A stretch of DNA of 64,000 nt from an uncultured cyanobacterium (GCA_963706595.1 OY970166.1:4032001-4096000); one strand, 5' to 3'. Shown: positions 17,700 to 28,090, counted from the stretch's first letter. The notes: generated from the sequence alone by a model not told the origin. Translations and numbers: made by a program.

Positions 17700-18791
17700 A
17701 TGTCAATTAAAAATAAACTTTTTCTGGTTTTCTTACTGTTTATTCCAGTTTCCCTAGCAGCCCACTTTTTGGAGTGGGGAGACTTGATAGTTTTCATTAC
17801 AGCTGGTTTAGCAATTTTGCCCTTAGCAGCCTGGATGGGTACAGCTACAGAAGAAATAGCTGTGGTAGTTGGCCCTTCATTGGGAGGATTACTCAATGCT
17901 ACTTTTGGCAATGCCACAGAATTAATTATAGCTTTAGTTGCCCTGAATGCCGGCTTGGTGGATATAGTCAAAGCCAGTATTACAGGTTCGATTATCAGTA
18001 ACTTACTACTAGTCATGGGTTTTTCCATGCTTTTGGGCGGACTGCGTTACAAGGTACAGACATTTCAATCTGTTGTGGCGCGTGTGAATGCTTCGGCGAT
18101 GAATTTGGCTGTAATTGCCATTCTCTTACCAACGGCTGTGAATTATACTTCAGTAGGAATTAACGAAAAAGTTCTGCAAAATCTTTCTCTTGCAGTTGCT
18201 GTGGTGTTAATTCTAGTTTATGTTCTGACGCTGTTATTTTCGATGAAAACCCATGCCTATTTATATGATGTGGGTGTTGCAGAGATAGAAGAGGAAGAAA
18301 CACCTCATACCAAACCCAATATCTGGCTATGGAGTGGTGTGTTGTTAGTATGTACTCTTTTGGTGGCATTGGAATCTGAAATGTTGGTAGGTTCTTTGGA
18401 AGTAGCCACATCTCAACTCGGTTTAACATCACTATTTACAGGGGTGATTTTGGTTCCCATCGTTGGTAACGCGGCTGAACACGCTACCGCAGTCACTGTG
18501 GCTATGAAGAATAAAATGGATCTTTCGATCTCGGTCGCTGTGGGATCAAGTTTACAAATTGCCCTATTTGTTGCACCAGTTTTAGTAATAGCTGGATGGG
18601 TACTTGATAAACCAATGGATTTGGATTTTAACCCTTTTGAATTAGTAGCTGTAGCTGTATCAGTTTTAATTGCCAATAGTATTAGTTCGGATGGTGAATC
18701 TAATTGGTTAGAAGGGGTTTTACTATTAGCAGCTTATACAGTTTTGGGGTTTGCTTTCTACTTCCATCCTGTAATTGATGGTATTGGCTAG
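17700..18791 (+). CDS. cax: Ca2+/H+ exchanger
   Basis: Alpha repeats GLLNATFGNATE and GNAAEH. Confidence 0.92.
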   Translation: MSIKNKLFLVFLLFIPVSLAAHFLEWGDLIVFITAGLAILPLAAWMGTATEEIAVVVGPSLGGLLNATFGNATELIIALVALNAGLVDIVKASITGSIISNLLLVMGFSMLLGGLRYKVQTFQSVVARVNASAMNLAVIAILLPTAVNYTSVGINEKVLQNLSLAVAVVLILVYVLTLLFSMKTHAYLYDVGVAEIEEEETPHTKPNIWLWSGVLLVCTLLVALESEMLVGSLEVATSQLGLTSLFTGVILVPIVGNAAEHATAVTVAMKNKMDLSISVAVGSSLQIALFVAPVLVIAGWVLDKPMDLDFNPFELVAVAVSVLIANSISSDGESNWLEGVLLLAAYTVLGFAFYFHPVIDGIG

Positions 18792-18848
18792 TATTTTTTC
18801 CCAAAATAATTGCCGGATATATTTTATGTAGAGACGGCGATTTATCGC

Positions 18849-18975
18849 GTCTCTCCAACTATTTGACGGCACGGGTCTCTCCAACTATTTCACGGCACGG
18901 GTCTCTCCAACTATTTCACGGCACGGGTCTCTACAACTATTTGACGGCACGGGTCTCTCCAACTATTTCACGGCA
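18849..18975. repeat. 26-bp tandem repeat, about 5 copies
   Basis: GTCTCT(C/A)CAACTATTT(G/C)ACGGCACGG units at 18849, 18875, 18901, 18927 and 18953, with no spacers. Confidence 0.92.
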
Positions 18976-19055
18976 TGACCTCACCCTGGTTTTGCTATGC
19001 AAAACCTGTCCCTCTCCTTGGTAAGGAGAGGGAAATATGAACTCAACTGTTCACT

Positions 19056-19143
19056 TATAGCCTTTTAGGTCTATCATAGCCCCCTCCTCGCTTGCGGGGA
19101 GGGGGTGGGGTTCTTATACCTCAGCAGACTACGAAACGCTATA
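19056..19143. mobile_element. Degenerate copy of the TATAGC-ended MITE
   Basis: Shares core CCCCTCCTCGCTTGCGGGGAGGGGGTGGGGTTCTT with 39528-39633; ends TATAGC...CGCTATA. Confidence 0.6.
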
Positions 19144-19627
19144 GCAATTTTTCTGTCTTGAATAGGAATGAGGCGGTTATTTTTATTACTTGGCTGGAAT
19201 TGCCAAAATATGATTGTTGTAAAAAATATCTTGATTTGGGTTAAAAATTGTACAAATCATGGTTAGATTTATGCTTCAAAAAATGCTTACTAGCGAATAT
19301 CTGGTAAGTTTTATTACTGAATAAAATATTTTGTGAATATATTTATTTACTTTCGTTAATTACTGAGGAAGTTGATGAGACTTTGGGAGGAAGAAAGCAA
19401 ATACTAGGTTATTGTACATTTAACTAACTTAAATTTAAATATAGCAGATGCAATTAATCGCGTCTCTATAAATGGGAAGAATTAAATAAAAACTGCAATA
19501 TGAAATGGGTGATAAATAATAATTACAAATAAAAAATACCTGATTTTTAGGATGTTTTTGTATATACCATTCCAGACTCATAACACGTTTGTTTGTCAAG
19601 TTAGAGATTAGGTTGTTGCTAAAATGA

Positions 19628-20197
19628 ATGACGATGAGCGAAATTAGTCTGCTGATGACGAGTATATTAATCGCCAAAGGACTATCTTTACACCATAAAT
19701 TACCGAAGCAGCAACCATTGGAAATGGAAAATAGCTCGGATAACTTAACAGAAAATAATTTAACTCAATTAGTTATTAATCCTGAAATTATACCACCTGA
19801 GTTCATGGAAACAAATCACATTTCTCCAGTGGCTTTATCTGCATCTCAGCTAGATAAAGAAAAACTGTTGGATAAAATCACAAAAAGGCATTTATCTCCA
19901 GGTTGGTTAACTCTGGCTAAGAACGACAATGGGCTAATTCTCAGCGATAGTAGTATTAATATAGCAGCGCGATCGCCTAGATTTACCGGACCAGCTTTAC
20001 CGACTCTGCGTTTTGGTAATTCCGGTACTTCTGTGAGAATTTTACAACGTTTATTAGTTGCTAACGGCTATGCAATTCGAGTTGATGGGGCTTTTGGTCC
20101 CCTAACGGAAACGGCTGTGAAAGCCTTTCAAAACCAGCGTAGTGTCGGGGTTGATGGAGTCGTAGGACCAGTTACTTGGCAAATTTTAAGCATTTAG
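19628..20197 (+). CDS. Peptidoglycan-binding domain protein
   Basis: C-terminal PG_binding_1 pattern: LRFGNSG..VRILQRLL...DGAFGPLTETAVKAFQ...VDGVVGPVTW. Confidence 0.85.
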   Translation: MTMSEISLLMTSILIAKGLSLHHKLPKQQPLEMENSSDNLTENNLTQLVINPEIIPPEFMETNHISPVALSASQLDKEKLLDKITKRHLSPGWLTLAKNDNGLILSDSSINIAARSPRFTGPALPTLRFGNSGTSVRILQRLLVANGYAIRVDGAFGPLTETAVKAFQNQRSVGVDGVVGPVTWQILSI

Positions 20198-20227
20198 TCA
20201 GTTGTCAGCGTGGAAATTTGACGATAT

Positions 20228-20260
20228 AGATCCCCGACTTCTCAAAGAAGTCGGGGATCT
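20228..20260. repeat. 33-bp palindromic dispersed repeat, copy 3, between convergent genes
   Basis: AGATCCCCGACTTCT-CAA-AGAAGTCGGGGATCT. Confidence 0.9.
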
Positions 20261-20274
20261 GGATATTACGTTTT

Positions 20275-22695
20275 CTAACGATGCTGATGCTGTTCTAATA
20301 ATGCTTGGGCTTTGGGTTTGTAAATTAGATAGAACAAAGCTTCCAAGTAGCGCAGCAAATCTTCGCGGTTTTCCTTGGAGGTAAAGTTCCAAAATCCATA
20401 AATCCGGGCTAAAGATAGCAATTTGGTGGTATGGATTTTCCAAGTATATGTAGTCAATACTCGGTTAATTCCTTCCTCAGAAACTGCATCCCAATATTGA
20501 GGACTTTGATCACACTTGCTCACAAATTCTAAGATTTTCTCGGCTGTTTCTTCTAAATTTGTGGGGTTAATGTAAAAGCCATTGATTTTATCTTGGATAA
20601 TTTCTAGTGGTCCACCAAATTGGGTTGCAAAAGTTGGTAGTCCTGAAACCATAGATTCCAAAATTGTCAAACCAAAGGCTTCAAATAAAGCTGGTTGGAC
20701 AAAGATACCTTTACGGTCAGCAATGACTCGATAAATTTCACCGGAATCAGATTTGCTTAAGCGCACACCTAACCAACGAATCTTACCGTAAAGATTGTAC
20801 TGTTCAATGATTTGATAGAGTTTGATAATTTCGTCCCGTTCTTCGTTGTCGCCTGAATCTTCTACACGCAACTTACCTGCGATTAAGATGAGGTTGCAAT
20901 GTTTCTGTAATTCTGGACTCTGACCATAGCATTCGGCTAAACCTGTGAGGTTTTTAATTCGGTCAAGACGCGCTACGGAGAACAGAGGGCGTTTTGTGGG
21001 GTCATCCAGTTTACCAAAAATTTGGTTGGGATCTTCCAAAGTAAAGAGGATATCAGCCAGGCGATCGCTATCAGCTTCTACTCTTTCTTCTTTGCGTGTG
21101 TAAGGGAAGTAGTAACTCTCGTTGACTCCAGGAGGTACAACGTTAAATTTAGGACTAAATAATTCAATCCCGTTGACTACGTGGTATAACTCCGGCATGG
21201 TGAAGCATTTGTACGATTCGTACTGTCCCACGCTATCCGGTGTCCCGACAATTTCTTGATAGGTACTGCTAACCACGAAGTTTGCTGCATTCATCGCAAT
21301 CAAATCGGCGGTAAATTGCAAGGAGAAATGATATTTATCTTCTAAGTCTTCCCAGTAGAGGTTACTAAACAGGTATTTGGATTTTTCCAAAGCGTGGGCG
21401 ATGTTACATTGAGTCACATCCATCCGTCGTGCTAAGAGAAATGCTACCAAGTTACCATCAGAGTAGTTACCCACGATTAAGTCGGGTCTACCTTGAAATT
21501 CGGCGAGGAGTTCTTTTTCAGAATCAATCGCAAAACTTTCTAAATAAGGCCAAAATTCAAATCGGGAAATCCAGTTTTGCGTCATATTAGGGTTGAATTC
21601 CCGCAGAGGTACGCGCAAAATCCAGGCGTTTTCTGTCCCGTGAACTTTTTCTAGGCGTTGGTTACACAGTGTCCCGTCACTATTGGGAATCAGACGGGTG
21701 AGAATAATTACTTTTGGCTCAACGTTCAGTCCATCTAAACCAGCTAAATGAGCATCTTCTTGGAGTTGCTTTTGCAGATTCTTGGCTTGGTCGAGGACAT
21801 AAACCACTTGTCCACCAGTATCAGGACGACCCAAAACGCCTTCTTGACCAAACCAACCATGCGCCGATACTAGGACGATTCTAAAAATCATCGGGATGCG
21901 AGAAATAAAGGCTTCGATGGTTTGGGGGTCAGGAGAATCAATCAATTCATCTAAAATATCCAGGGTGTCACCTACCCGCTTGGCTGTGTTACCCCAACCC
22001 GGTTCAAAACCCATCATTTGCAATTCAAAACGGAATTGTTCGTAGGGTTCATCTTTGGGGCGATCGCTCACAAAGGTGATCGCTTTTTTAATTTGCTGGG
22101 AAAGTTGCTGCTGAGTTGTGATGCGATCGTTGATTAGCAGTTGGACACCGTTGTATTGGTGGAGACGCAAGAAATTTAATAAGCTGTCCAGCAGTTGTTT
22201 TGAGTCTTGGAAAATTTTGCTGGAGAGATAGCGGTTGAGGAATTGTACCCCTTTACCAATATTTTTCGGGTCGCGGATAATTGGCGTGTAGTCATAAAAC
22301 GGACCGAAATCTAGTTCTAGCAGATCACCTTCTTGGGGATGAAATTTATTCACCAAGCGATCGCGTAGATCCAGTAATTCCTGTACTGACATTGGCTCAA
22401 CGTTCAAATCCTCTGTCAGCCAATACACTTCTTGACTAGCAATTTTAGGACGAATGATAAAACAAAGGTTGGAATCCTCTTGAATAATTTCCTGAGTATA
22501 GTAAATTAGTTTGCCTAAGCGAGAAGAAGCCGCAGCAGTTTCTGATTTTTCGGACTTGGAGCAATAATCAATAAAAACATTCAGGATGTCGTTACGCAGC
22601 AAGTAATTTTTTTCTTCCTGGCGTAACTGACTCACGAAGGAACGCAAATCGCTTTTTTCTTCGCTATCCAGGATTGCTTGGATTAATTCAGACAT
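20275..22695 (-). CDS. susA: Sucrose synthase
   Basis: GRPDTGGQVVYVLDQ, GNYSDGNL and EAFGLT motifs; 806 aa with a SusA-type N-terminus. Confidence 0.93.
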   Translation of the reverse strand: MSELIQAILDSEEKSDLRSFVSQLRQEEKNYLLRNDILNVFIDYCSKSEKSETAAASSRLGKLIYYTQEIIQEDSNLCFIIRPKIASQEVYWLTEDLNVEPMSVQELLDLRDRLVNKFHPQEGDLLELDFGPFYDYTPIIRDPKNIGKGVQFLNRYLSSKIFQDSKQLLDSLLNFLRLHQYNGVQLLINDRITTQQQLSQQIKKAITFVSDRPKDEPYEQFRFELQMMGFEPGWGNTAKRVGDTLDILDELIDSPDPQTIEAFISRIPMIFRIVLVSAHGWFGQEGVLGRPDTGGQVVYVLDQAKNLQKQLQEDAHLAGLDGLNVEPKVIILTRLIPNSDGTLCNQRLEKVHGTENAWILRVPLREFNPNMTQNWISRFEFWPYLESFAIDSEKELLAEFQGRPDLIVGNYSDGNLVAFLLARRMDVTQCNIAHALEKSKYLFSNLYWEDLEDKYHFSLQFTADLIAMNAANFVVSSTYQEIVGTPDSVGQYESYKCFTMPELYHVVNGIELFSPKFNVVPPGVNESYYFPYTRKEERVEADSDRLADILFTLEDPNQIFGKLDDPTKRPLFSVARLDRIKNLTGLAECYGQSPELQKHCNLILIAGKLRVEDSGDNEERDEIIKLYQIIEQYNLYGKIRWLGVRLSKSDSGEIYRVIADRKGIFVQPALFEAFGLTILESMVSGLPTFATQFGGPLEIIQDKINGFYINPTNLEETAEKILEFVSKCDQSPQYWDAVSEEGINRVLTTYTWKIHTTKLLSLARIYGFWNFTSKENREDLLRYLEALFYLIYKPKAQALLEQHQHR

Positions 22696-23022
22696 AGTGA
22701 CACCTAACGTTGATTTTCATTTTTGACTTCCAGGACAGAGTTAACATCTCTTCCTTCCGCCTAATCACATACAAACACAAACAAACACAGACGAATTCTC
22801 TATCTGTGTTCCTTAGCTCACCCATGAGCAGACATCTTCATTCGTGTTTCTCTTTAGTCAGAATATCTGCTACTCAGTATTTTTGCACTCTAACTAAGGA
22901 CGGACAATTTCTCATCGCGTCTATGTTATGTCATGATTCTCACACAAAGTTGGCAAAATATTGTAAATTCTCAATTAAATAGTTTTTGGTGATTAATTAC
23001 AAAATTTATCATTCTTGACTAA

Positions 23023-23114
23023 TAGACATCTGGTGAGAATTAAATGTGCGTTTCCTATAACCCTTGTAGAGACGTTCCATGGAACGTCTCTACATTCTTT
23101 TCTGGAGATGTTTA
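23023..23114. mobile_element. MITE-like element with internal perfect 30-bp palindrome
   Basis: Ends TAGACATCT/AGATGTTTA; TGTAGAGACGTTCCATGGAACGTCTCTACA at 23065-23094. Confidence 0.6.
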
Positions 23115-23187
23115 ATGGCCTTGCCTGAATATTTAGATAAAGATTATCTCTAAATACAGAATCTGTACCAATATTAAATTAAAATAG

Positions 23188-23261
23188 GGCGAACGATGGG
23201 AATTGAACCCACGAATGGTGGTACCACAAACCACTGCCTTAACCACTTGGCTACGCTCGCC
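23188..23261 (-). tRNA. trnH: tRNA-His (GTG)
   Basis: Minus-strand cloverleaf GGCGAGCGTAGCCAAGTGGTTAAGGCAGTGGTTTGTGGTACCACCATTCGTGGGTTCAATTCCCATCGTTCGCC with G-1 and C73; CCA not encoded. Confidence 0.96.
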
Positions 23262-23384
23262 ATTCGATATTCTTGATTATAGCACCTTGCTCGCCAAAAA
23301 ATCAAGACTTTTTTTCAAGGAACGGATTTTGTTAATTTAGAGTCTTTGGACTGCAATCACTATAGAGAATCGAAGCTAGAACAA

Positions 23385-23765
23385 ATGAAAGCACTGACCA
23401 TTATAGCCTGTTCGGGAGCAGTAGGACTAGCAGCCTTGGGGGTGGCAATGTCCACAACAAATCCATCTCCACCGGAATACGAAGAGTATGCAGCACAACG
23501 GCTCACAGAGTATCTCAAAACGGACATTTGCCAAAAAACCACAAATTTTCTCGAAAATTTAATCAAGTCTCAATGCGAAACTCTGGTGGATCAAGCCACT
23601 CCCCAAATGCGGGAAATCCTGGGACGCAGTACAGAACAGCAAAATTTTGTGATTTTCAGTATTTACAGGACGGATTTAAAACTGAGTTCCTTGATACCGA
23701 TTTATAAATTTGAAACCGTGGGAGCGTTTAATAACTTTTATACTTACACCGCAGAGCAGCAATAA
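23385..23765 (+). CDS. DUF4359-like protein
   Basis: Signal/TM N-terminus, TNPS..EYEEYA, NFVIFSIYRT and FETVGAFNNF. Confidence 0.75.
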   Translation: MKALTIIACSGAVGLAALGVAMSTTNPSPPEYEEYAAQRLTEYLKTDICQKTTNFLENLIKSQCETLVDQATPQMREILGRSTEQQNFVIFSIYRTDLKLSSLIPIYKFETVGAFNNFYTYTAEQQ

Positions 23766-23912
23766 GGGACTTCCAAGAAATAAATATCCGGATTAACGTT
23801 AGCGTAGCTTGCGCGTAGCGCGTACCACAAAGGCGCAGAGGACACAGAGGAATCAGGGTTGGAGAGGTTTTTTTACGTTAGGTGGTTGAGTATTTTTTTA
23901 TTTGGAAGTCCC
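23766..23912. mobile_element. MITE with TAA target duplication
   Basis: TAA|GGGACTTCCAA...TTGGAAGTCCC|TAA. Confidence 0.75.
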
Positions 23913-24129
23913 TAAGCCAAAATTGGGGAATTACTGATTACTTCCACTCTATTCCGCAATTCTTTTTGAGTTGGCTTGTTCCTCAAGGATACTTCCCTTC
24001 TCGGATTTGGGCTGGTGGGACTCAAGTTTGGCAACACACGCAGGTTTTAGTCTCAAAGTTACCAAACTGTTACCGTGACATACTCCACACACTCCCTTTC
24101 AGGTGAGTGTAGGCTTCTCAACGACTCCT

Positions 24130-25305
24130 CTATGAGGACATTGGTTGAGCTTTAAGACCGTGTGTCCCACGGTTCTTGATATTTATAGCCGCATTCAAAT
24201 CTCTGCACAAACTCGCATGACATACAGGGCAGTTGTGCATTCTTTGGGATAGCGGCTTTTTAACTTTGTGACCACAACTAGAGCATTCTTGGCTTGTCCC
24301 GCTTGGGTTTACAGCGATTACTTTCAAGCCAGCATTTTCGGCTTTGTTTGAAAGAATGGTTATAAATTGTCCCCAACCAGCGTCATTAATACTTTTTGCC
24401 AACCATGTTCTAGCGAGTCCTTTTATATTCAACTTTTCTACAGCAATCACATCGTACTTTTTTAGGAGATTGTTTGCGGTTTTAAAGTGGAAATCTTTGC
24501 GGGTATCTGATACTTTCTTGTGTTGAATACCCAGTTTTTTAATCGCTTTTTTACGACGATTAGACCCTTTTTTTCTACGAGAAACGCGACGTTGCGCGGA
24601 TTTTAATTTACGTTCAGCTTTACGCAAAAACTTAGGGGCTGCAATCCTTCCATTGTCTGATGTAACAATAAAATCAATTAGTCCGACATCAATACCAACA
24701 ATATTATTAGCATTAAAATCAGGCTTAATGACTGGAACTGTTTTATCATCAAGGCTTAGAGTTATATAATACCCGTCTGCTTTTTTAGTGACAGACACAG
24801 TTTTAATATCAAAGCCATCGGGTATTTGACGATGAATAATTACTTTTACGTCGCCTATTTTTGAAAGCGTTATTTTGTTTTTAGCAAAATGATGTCTCTT
24901 AAATTGAGGATATGTAAATGTTTTATATTGCCCCGCACCTTTAAATCTAGGCCTGCCCGATTTTTTACCATTAACATCACCTTTTAACCATCGATCAAAG
25001 GCTAATTCAACTTTTTTAGGAACTTCTTGTAGCACCTGAGAATGAATATCTCTGTACCAAGGACGGTCTTTTTTAAGTTGAGTTAATGATACTTTTTGGC
25101 TGTAATAATTTGGCTTATCCTTGAGTTCTGGTAAATGACAAACGAAAATGGAACACCTATCAATAGGAGAACGGTTTTGTTCATACCAATTAAACCGTTG
25201 AGCAAGCAAATAATTGTATTGATAACGCAATTTTTCTAGCGTTTTATCAATCTTTTCTGCCTGTTCTTTCGTCGGCTTAATTTTGTATTGGTATGATATC
25301 CGCAC
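24130..25305 (-). CDS. tnpB: RNA-guided endonuclease TnpB
   Basis: RuvC D (GIDVG), E (AVEKL), D (RDLNAAINI) and zinc finger CSSC/CPVC; likely GTG start at 25305. Confidence 0.95.
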   Translation of the reverse strand: MRISYQYKIKPTKEQAEKIDKTLEKLRYQYNYLLAQRFNWYEQNRSPIDRCSIFVCHLPELKDKPNYYSQKVSLTQLKKDRPWYRDIHSQVLQEVPKKVELAFDRWLKGDVNGKKSGRPRFKGAGQYKTFTYPQFKRHHFAKNKITLSKIGDVKVIIHRQIPDGFDIKTVSVTKKADGYYITLSLDDKTVPVIKPDFNANNIVGIDVGLIDFIVTSDNGRIAAPKFLRKAERKLKSAQRRVSRRKKGSNRRKKAIKKLGIQHKKVSDTRKDFHFKTANNLLKKYDVIAVEKLNIKGLARTWLAKSINDAGWGQFITILSNKAENAGLKVIAVNPSGTSQECSSCGHKVKKPLSQRMHNCPVCHASLCRDLNAAINIKNRGTHGLKAQPMSS

Positions 25306-25381
25306 CTGATTTTTGCTTTTTCCTGGCATTGGTGTTACTGTTTTAGTATACACCAACTACAATAGATATGCCAAAAAGCTT

Positions 25382-25795
25382 GTGAAAAATGATTTTGTAT
25401 CGAAGGGAAGGTCGGTCAGCGATTTAAAAGTACATCTAGTTTTAACGACAAAATATAGACGCAAAGCCTTTACTGGAGAGATGTTACAGCGACTTCATCT
25501 TATCTTAGAGGAACTATTAGTAAAATGGGACTGCAAGCTTGTGGAGTTCAACGGAGAGGAAGATCATATTCATTGCTTATTTCAGTACCACCCGGACTTA
25601 GAATTAAGCAAACTGATAAATAATCTTAAATCAGTTTCTTCTAGAAAATTACGCCAAGAATTTTCAGAGCATCTAGCAAAAATTTATTGGAAAGATGTTT
25701 TTTGGAACGGATCTTATTTTGTAGCTAGTTGTGGTGGGGTAACTATTTCAACGTTACGAAAATATATTGAAAATCAAAATTCACCGGAAGAATAA
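25382..25795 (+). CDS. tnpA: IS200-type Y1 HUH transposase
   Basis: HLVLTTKYRR, EDHIH (HUH) and KYIENQ catalytic Tyr; likely GTG start at 25382. Confidence 0.95.
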   Translation: MKNDFVSKGRSVSDLKVHLVLTTKYRRKAFTGEMLQRLHLILEELLVKWDCKLVEFNGEEDHIHCLFQYHPDLELSKLINNLKSVSSRKLRQEFSEHLAKIYWKDVFWNGSYFVASCGGVTISTLRKYIENQNSPEE

Positions 25796-25958
25796 GGAAA
25801 TGCTCGTTTCCTCCGTGTCTCCCTTCCTCGCTGTCGCATTGGTCGGGAGACTGTCGTCAACTCACGCGCAATTCATCTCATCACTTCCACTATCGTGGTA
25901 AGTGAGAGGCTTCTTGCTGTTTAAGCTAAAAATAGCTCCTAAAAGTGAAACCTTTTCC

Positions 25959-26666
25959 ATGACATCTGCGTATTTACTAGTATCCCACGGCAGTCGTGAC
26001 CCCCGCCCAGAAGTTGCTATGCAGCAATTAGCTGGGTTGGTGTCTCATAAATTGGGTAATACCAAACATCCGGTAGCTATAGCTGCTTTGGAATTACAAC
26101 CTCAGCCTTTACATCAGCAGATCCAAAAATTTGCTACTTCGGTTGACGAGGTTGATTGCTTGCAGGTTGTCCCGCTATTTCTGTTACCGGGTGTCCATGT
26201 AATGACGGATATTCCTGATCAGATTGCTTTGGCAAAACAGGCTCTTGGTGAAGAGATCACGATTAATCTGCGTCCCCATCTTGGTAGTCATCCTGGTTTA
26301 ATTACGTTACTATCCGAGCAAATGGCTACAATGAAAGCCGAAACCACAATTTTGTTAGCTCATGGTAGCCGTCGTCTTGGTTCTTTAGAAGCAATTGAAA
26401 CCATAGCCGCGAAGTTGGGCGCTGTAACTGCTTATTGGGCTGTAGCTCCTAGTTTAGAATCGCGGATACAAGATTTGGTAGCTGGGGGAAAGAGGGAAGT
26501 GACAATTTTGCCGTACTTTTTATTTACAGGTGGCATCACTGATGCGATCGCTCAGTCCATAGAAAAGTTAAAATTACAATTTCCTGCTGTGACTTTCCAA
26601 TTGGCTGCGCCTTTGGGAGCAAGTGCAGAATTAGCTGAGATCATTGGGGATTTAATAGATACATGA
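25959..26666 (+). CDS. cbiX: Sirohydrochlorin chelatase (CbiX/SirB family)
   Basis: Duplicated HGSR motifs and PLFLLPGVH; overlaps cobA. Confidence 0.85.
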   Translation: MTSAYLLVSHGSRDPRPEVAMQQLAGLVSHKLGNTKHPVAIAALELQPQPLHQQIQKFATSVDEVDCLQVVPLFLLPGVHVMTDIPDQIALAKQALGEEITINLRPHLGSHPGLITLLSEQMATMKAETTILLAHGSRRLGSLEAIETIAAKLGAVTAYWAVAPSLESRIQDLVAGGKREVTILPYFLFTGGITDAIAQSIEKLKLQFPAVTFQLAAPLGASAELAEIIGDLIDT

Positions 26667-27442
26667 GCCGCACAGAGAAAGAAACGCAAAAGTGTTTGGG
26701 TAAGGTTTATTTGGTAGGTGCGGGACCAGGAGATCCAGGACTCATGACCCTTAAAGGTAAGGGTTTATTAGAATGTGCAGATGTAGTTATCTATGATGCT
26801 TTGGTCAGTCCAGCAATTTTGGCTATGATTAATCCCCAAGCTGAAAAAATCAACGCTGGAAAGCGTATGGGGAGACATTCATTATTACAAGAAGAAACCA
26901 CCCATTTATTAATTGAAAAGGCGCAGGAACAAGCTGTAGTGGTGCGTCTTAAAGGTGGCGACCCGTTTATCTTTGGTCGCGGTGGCGAGGAAATGGCTGA
27001 TTTAGTTGCATCTGGGGTGTCTGTAGAAGTTGTGCCGGGAATTACATCAGGAATTGCGGCTTCTGCCTATGCGGGCATACCTTTAACTCATAGATTATAT
27101 AGTTCCTCTGTTACTTTTGTAACTGGACATGAGTCAGCAGGCAAGTATAAACCACAGGTAAATTGGCAGGCGATCGCTCACGGTTCAGAAACCATTGTCA
27201 TTTACATGGGCATTCACAATTTACCTTATATTGTGGAACAATTAAATCAAGCTGGGCTGGATTTACAGACACCCATAGCCTTAGTCCGTTGGGGTACACG
27301 ACCAGAACAAGAAGAACTAATTGGCACTTTAGAAACCATTATTGGACAAGTTGCAGAAACTGGATTTAGCGCTCCGGCGATCGCAGTCATTGGCTCAGTA
27401 GTAAATCTGCACAGTATTCTCTCTGGTTGTCGTCCTGTTTGA
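26663..27442 (+). CDS. cobA: Uroporphyrinogen-III C-methyltransferase
   Basis: LVGAGPGDPGL, RLKGGDPFIFGRGGEE and VPGITS motifs. Confidence 0.95.
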   Translation: MSRTEKETQKCLGKVYLVGAGPGDPGLMTLKGKGLLECADVVIYDALVSPAILAMINPQAEKINAGKRMGRHSLLQEETTHLLIEKAQEQAVVVRLKGGDPFIFGRGGEEMADLVASGVSVEVVPGITSGIAASAYAGIPLTHRLYSSSVTFVTGHESAGKYKPQVNWQAIAHGSETIVIYMGIHNLPYIVEQLNQAGLDLQTPIALVRWGTRPEQEELIGTLETIIGQVAETGFSAPAIAVIGSVVNLHSILSGCRPV

Positions 27443-27463
27443 AAAATTTAATAGGAGGATAAA

Positions 27464-28090
27464 ATGGGATTTTACTCACAAAAAATACTTCCTTATCTCC
27501 TTGATTGGTCTTTATCAGACCCTAATATTGCCAAATATCGAAAAGAAATTTTGGCAGAAGTAAAAGGGGAAGTTTTAGAAATAGGTTTTGGTACAGGTTT
27601 AAATCTTTCCTACTATCCGAAAGAACTAGAAAAGCTGATTACCATTGATTCTAATCCCGGAGTGCATAAATTAGCACAAAAACGTATTCAATCATCCTCC
27701 ATTACAGTAGATAATCGCATTCTAAATAGTGAAAATTTACCAATGGCAGATGACACCTTTGATAGTGTGGTCAGCACTTTTACTTTATGCAGTATTGCCA
27801 AAGTTGAACAAGCGCTAAAAGAAGTCTATCGGGTATTAAAACCGGGAGGAAAATTTTTCTTTGTAGAACATGGATTGAGTAATGAACCTAAAATCCAAGT
27901 TTGGCAAAACCGATTAACACCCATACAGAAAGTTATCGGAGATGGGTGTCATTTGAATCGCAATATTAGACAATTAGTTGAGCAACAGTTCGATACTGTC
28001 ACCTTAGAAGAATTTGTTGGTGAAAACTTACCAAAAATTGCCGGATATCTATATAAAGGAGTGGCAACAAAAGCGGTGAAAAGTTCGTAG
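27464..28090 (+). CDS. Class I SAM-dependent methyltransferase
   Basis: VLEIGFGTG and RVLKPGG motifs. Confidence 0.9.
   Translation: MGFYSQKILPYLLDWSLSDPNIAKYRKEILAEVKGEVLEIGFGTGLNLSYYPKELEKLITIDSNPGVHKLAQKRIQSSSITVDNRILNSENLPMADDTFDSVVSTFTLCSIAKVEQALKEVYRVLKPGGKFFFVEHGLSNEPKIQVWQNRLTPIQKVIGDGCHLNRNIRQLVEQQFDTVTLEEFVGENLPKIAGYLYKGVATKAVKSS

Larger units (their letters stand above)
24075..25926. mobile_element. IS200/IS605-family element with divergent tnpA and tnpB
   Basis: Right-end hairpin ending ...GTATGTCAC (minus strand) at 24075; left-end hairpin TCACTTCCAC-TATC-GTGGTAAGTGA at 25881-25905. The left boundary is approximate. Confidence 0.88.

Noticed and set aside
18849..18975. Possible CRISPR array
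   Set aside because: The units are contiguous with no unique spacers, and no cas genes are nearby.
23188..25926. tRNA-His-anchored integrative island
   Set aside because: No integrase and no duplicated tRNA 3' end were seen; the nearby IS and MITEs are independent insertions.
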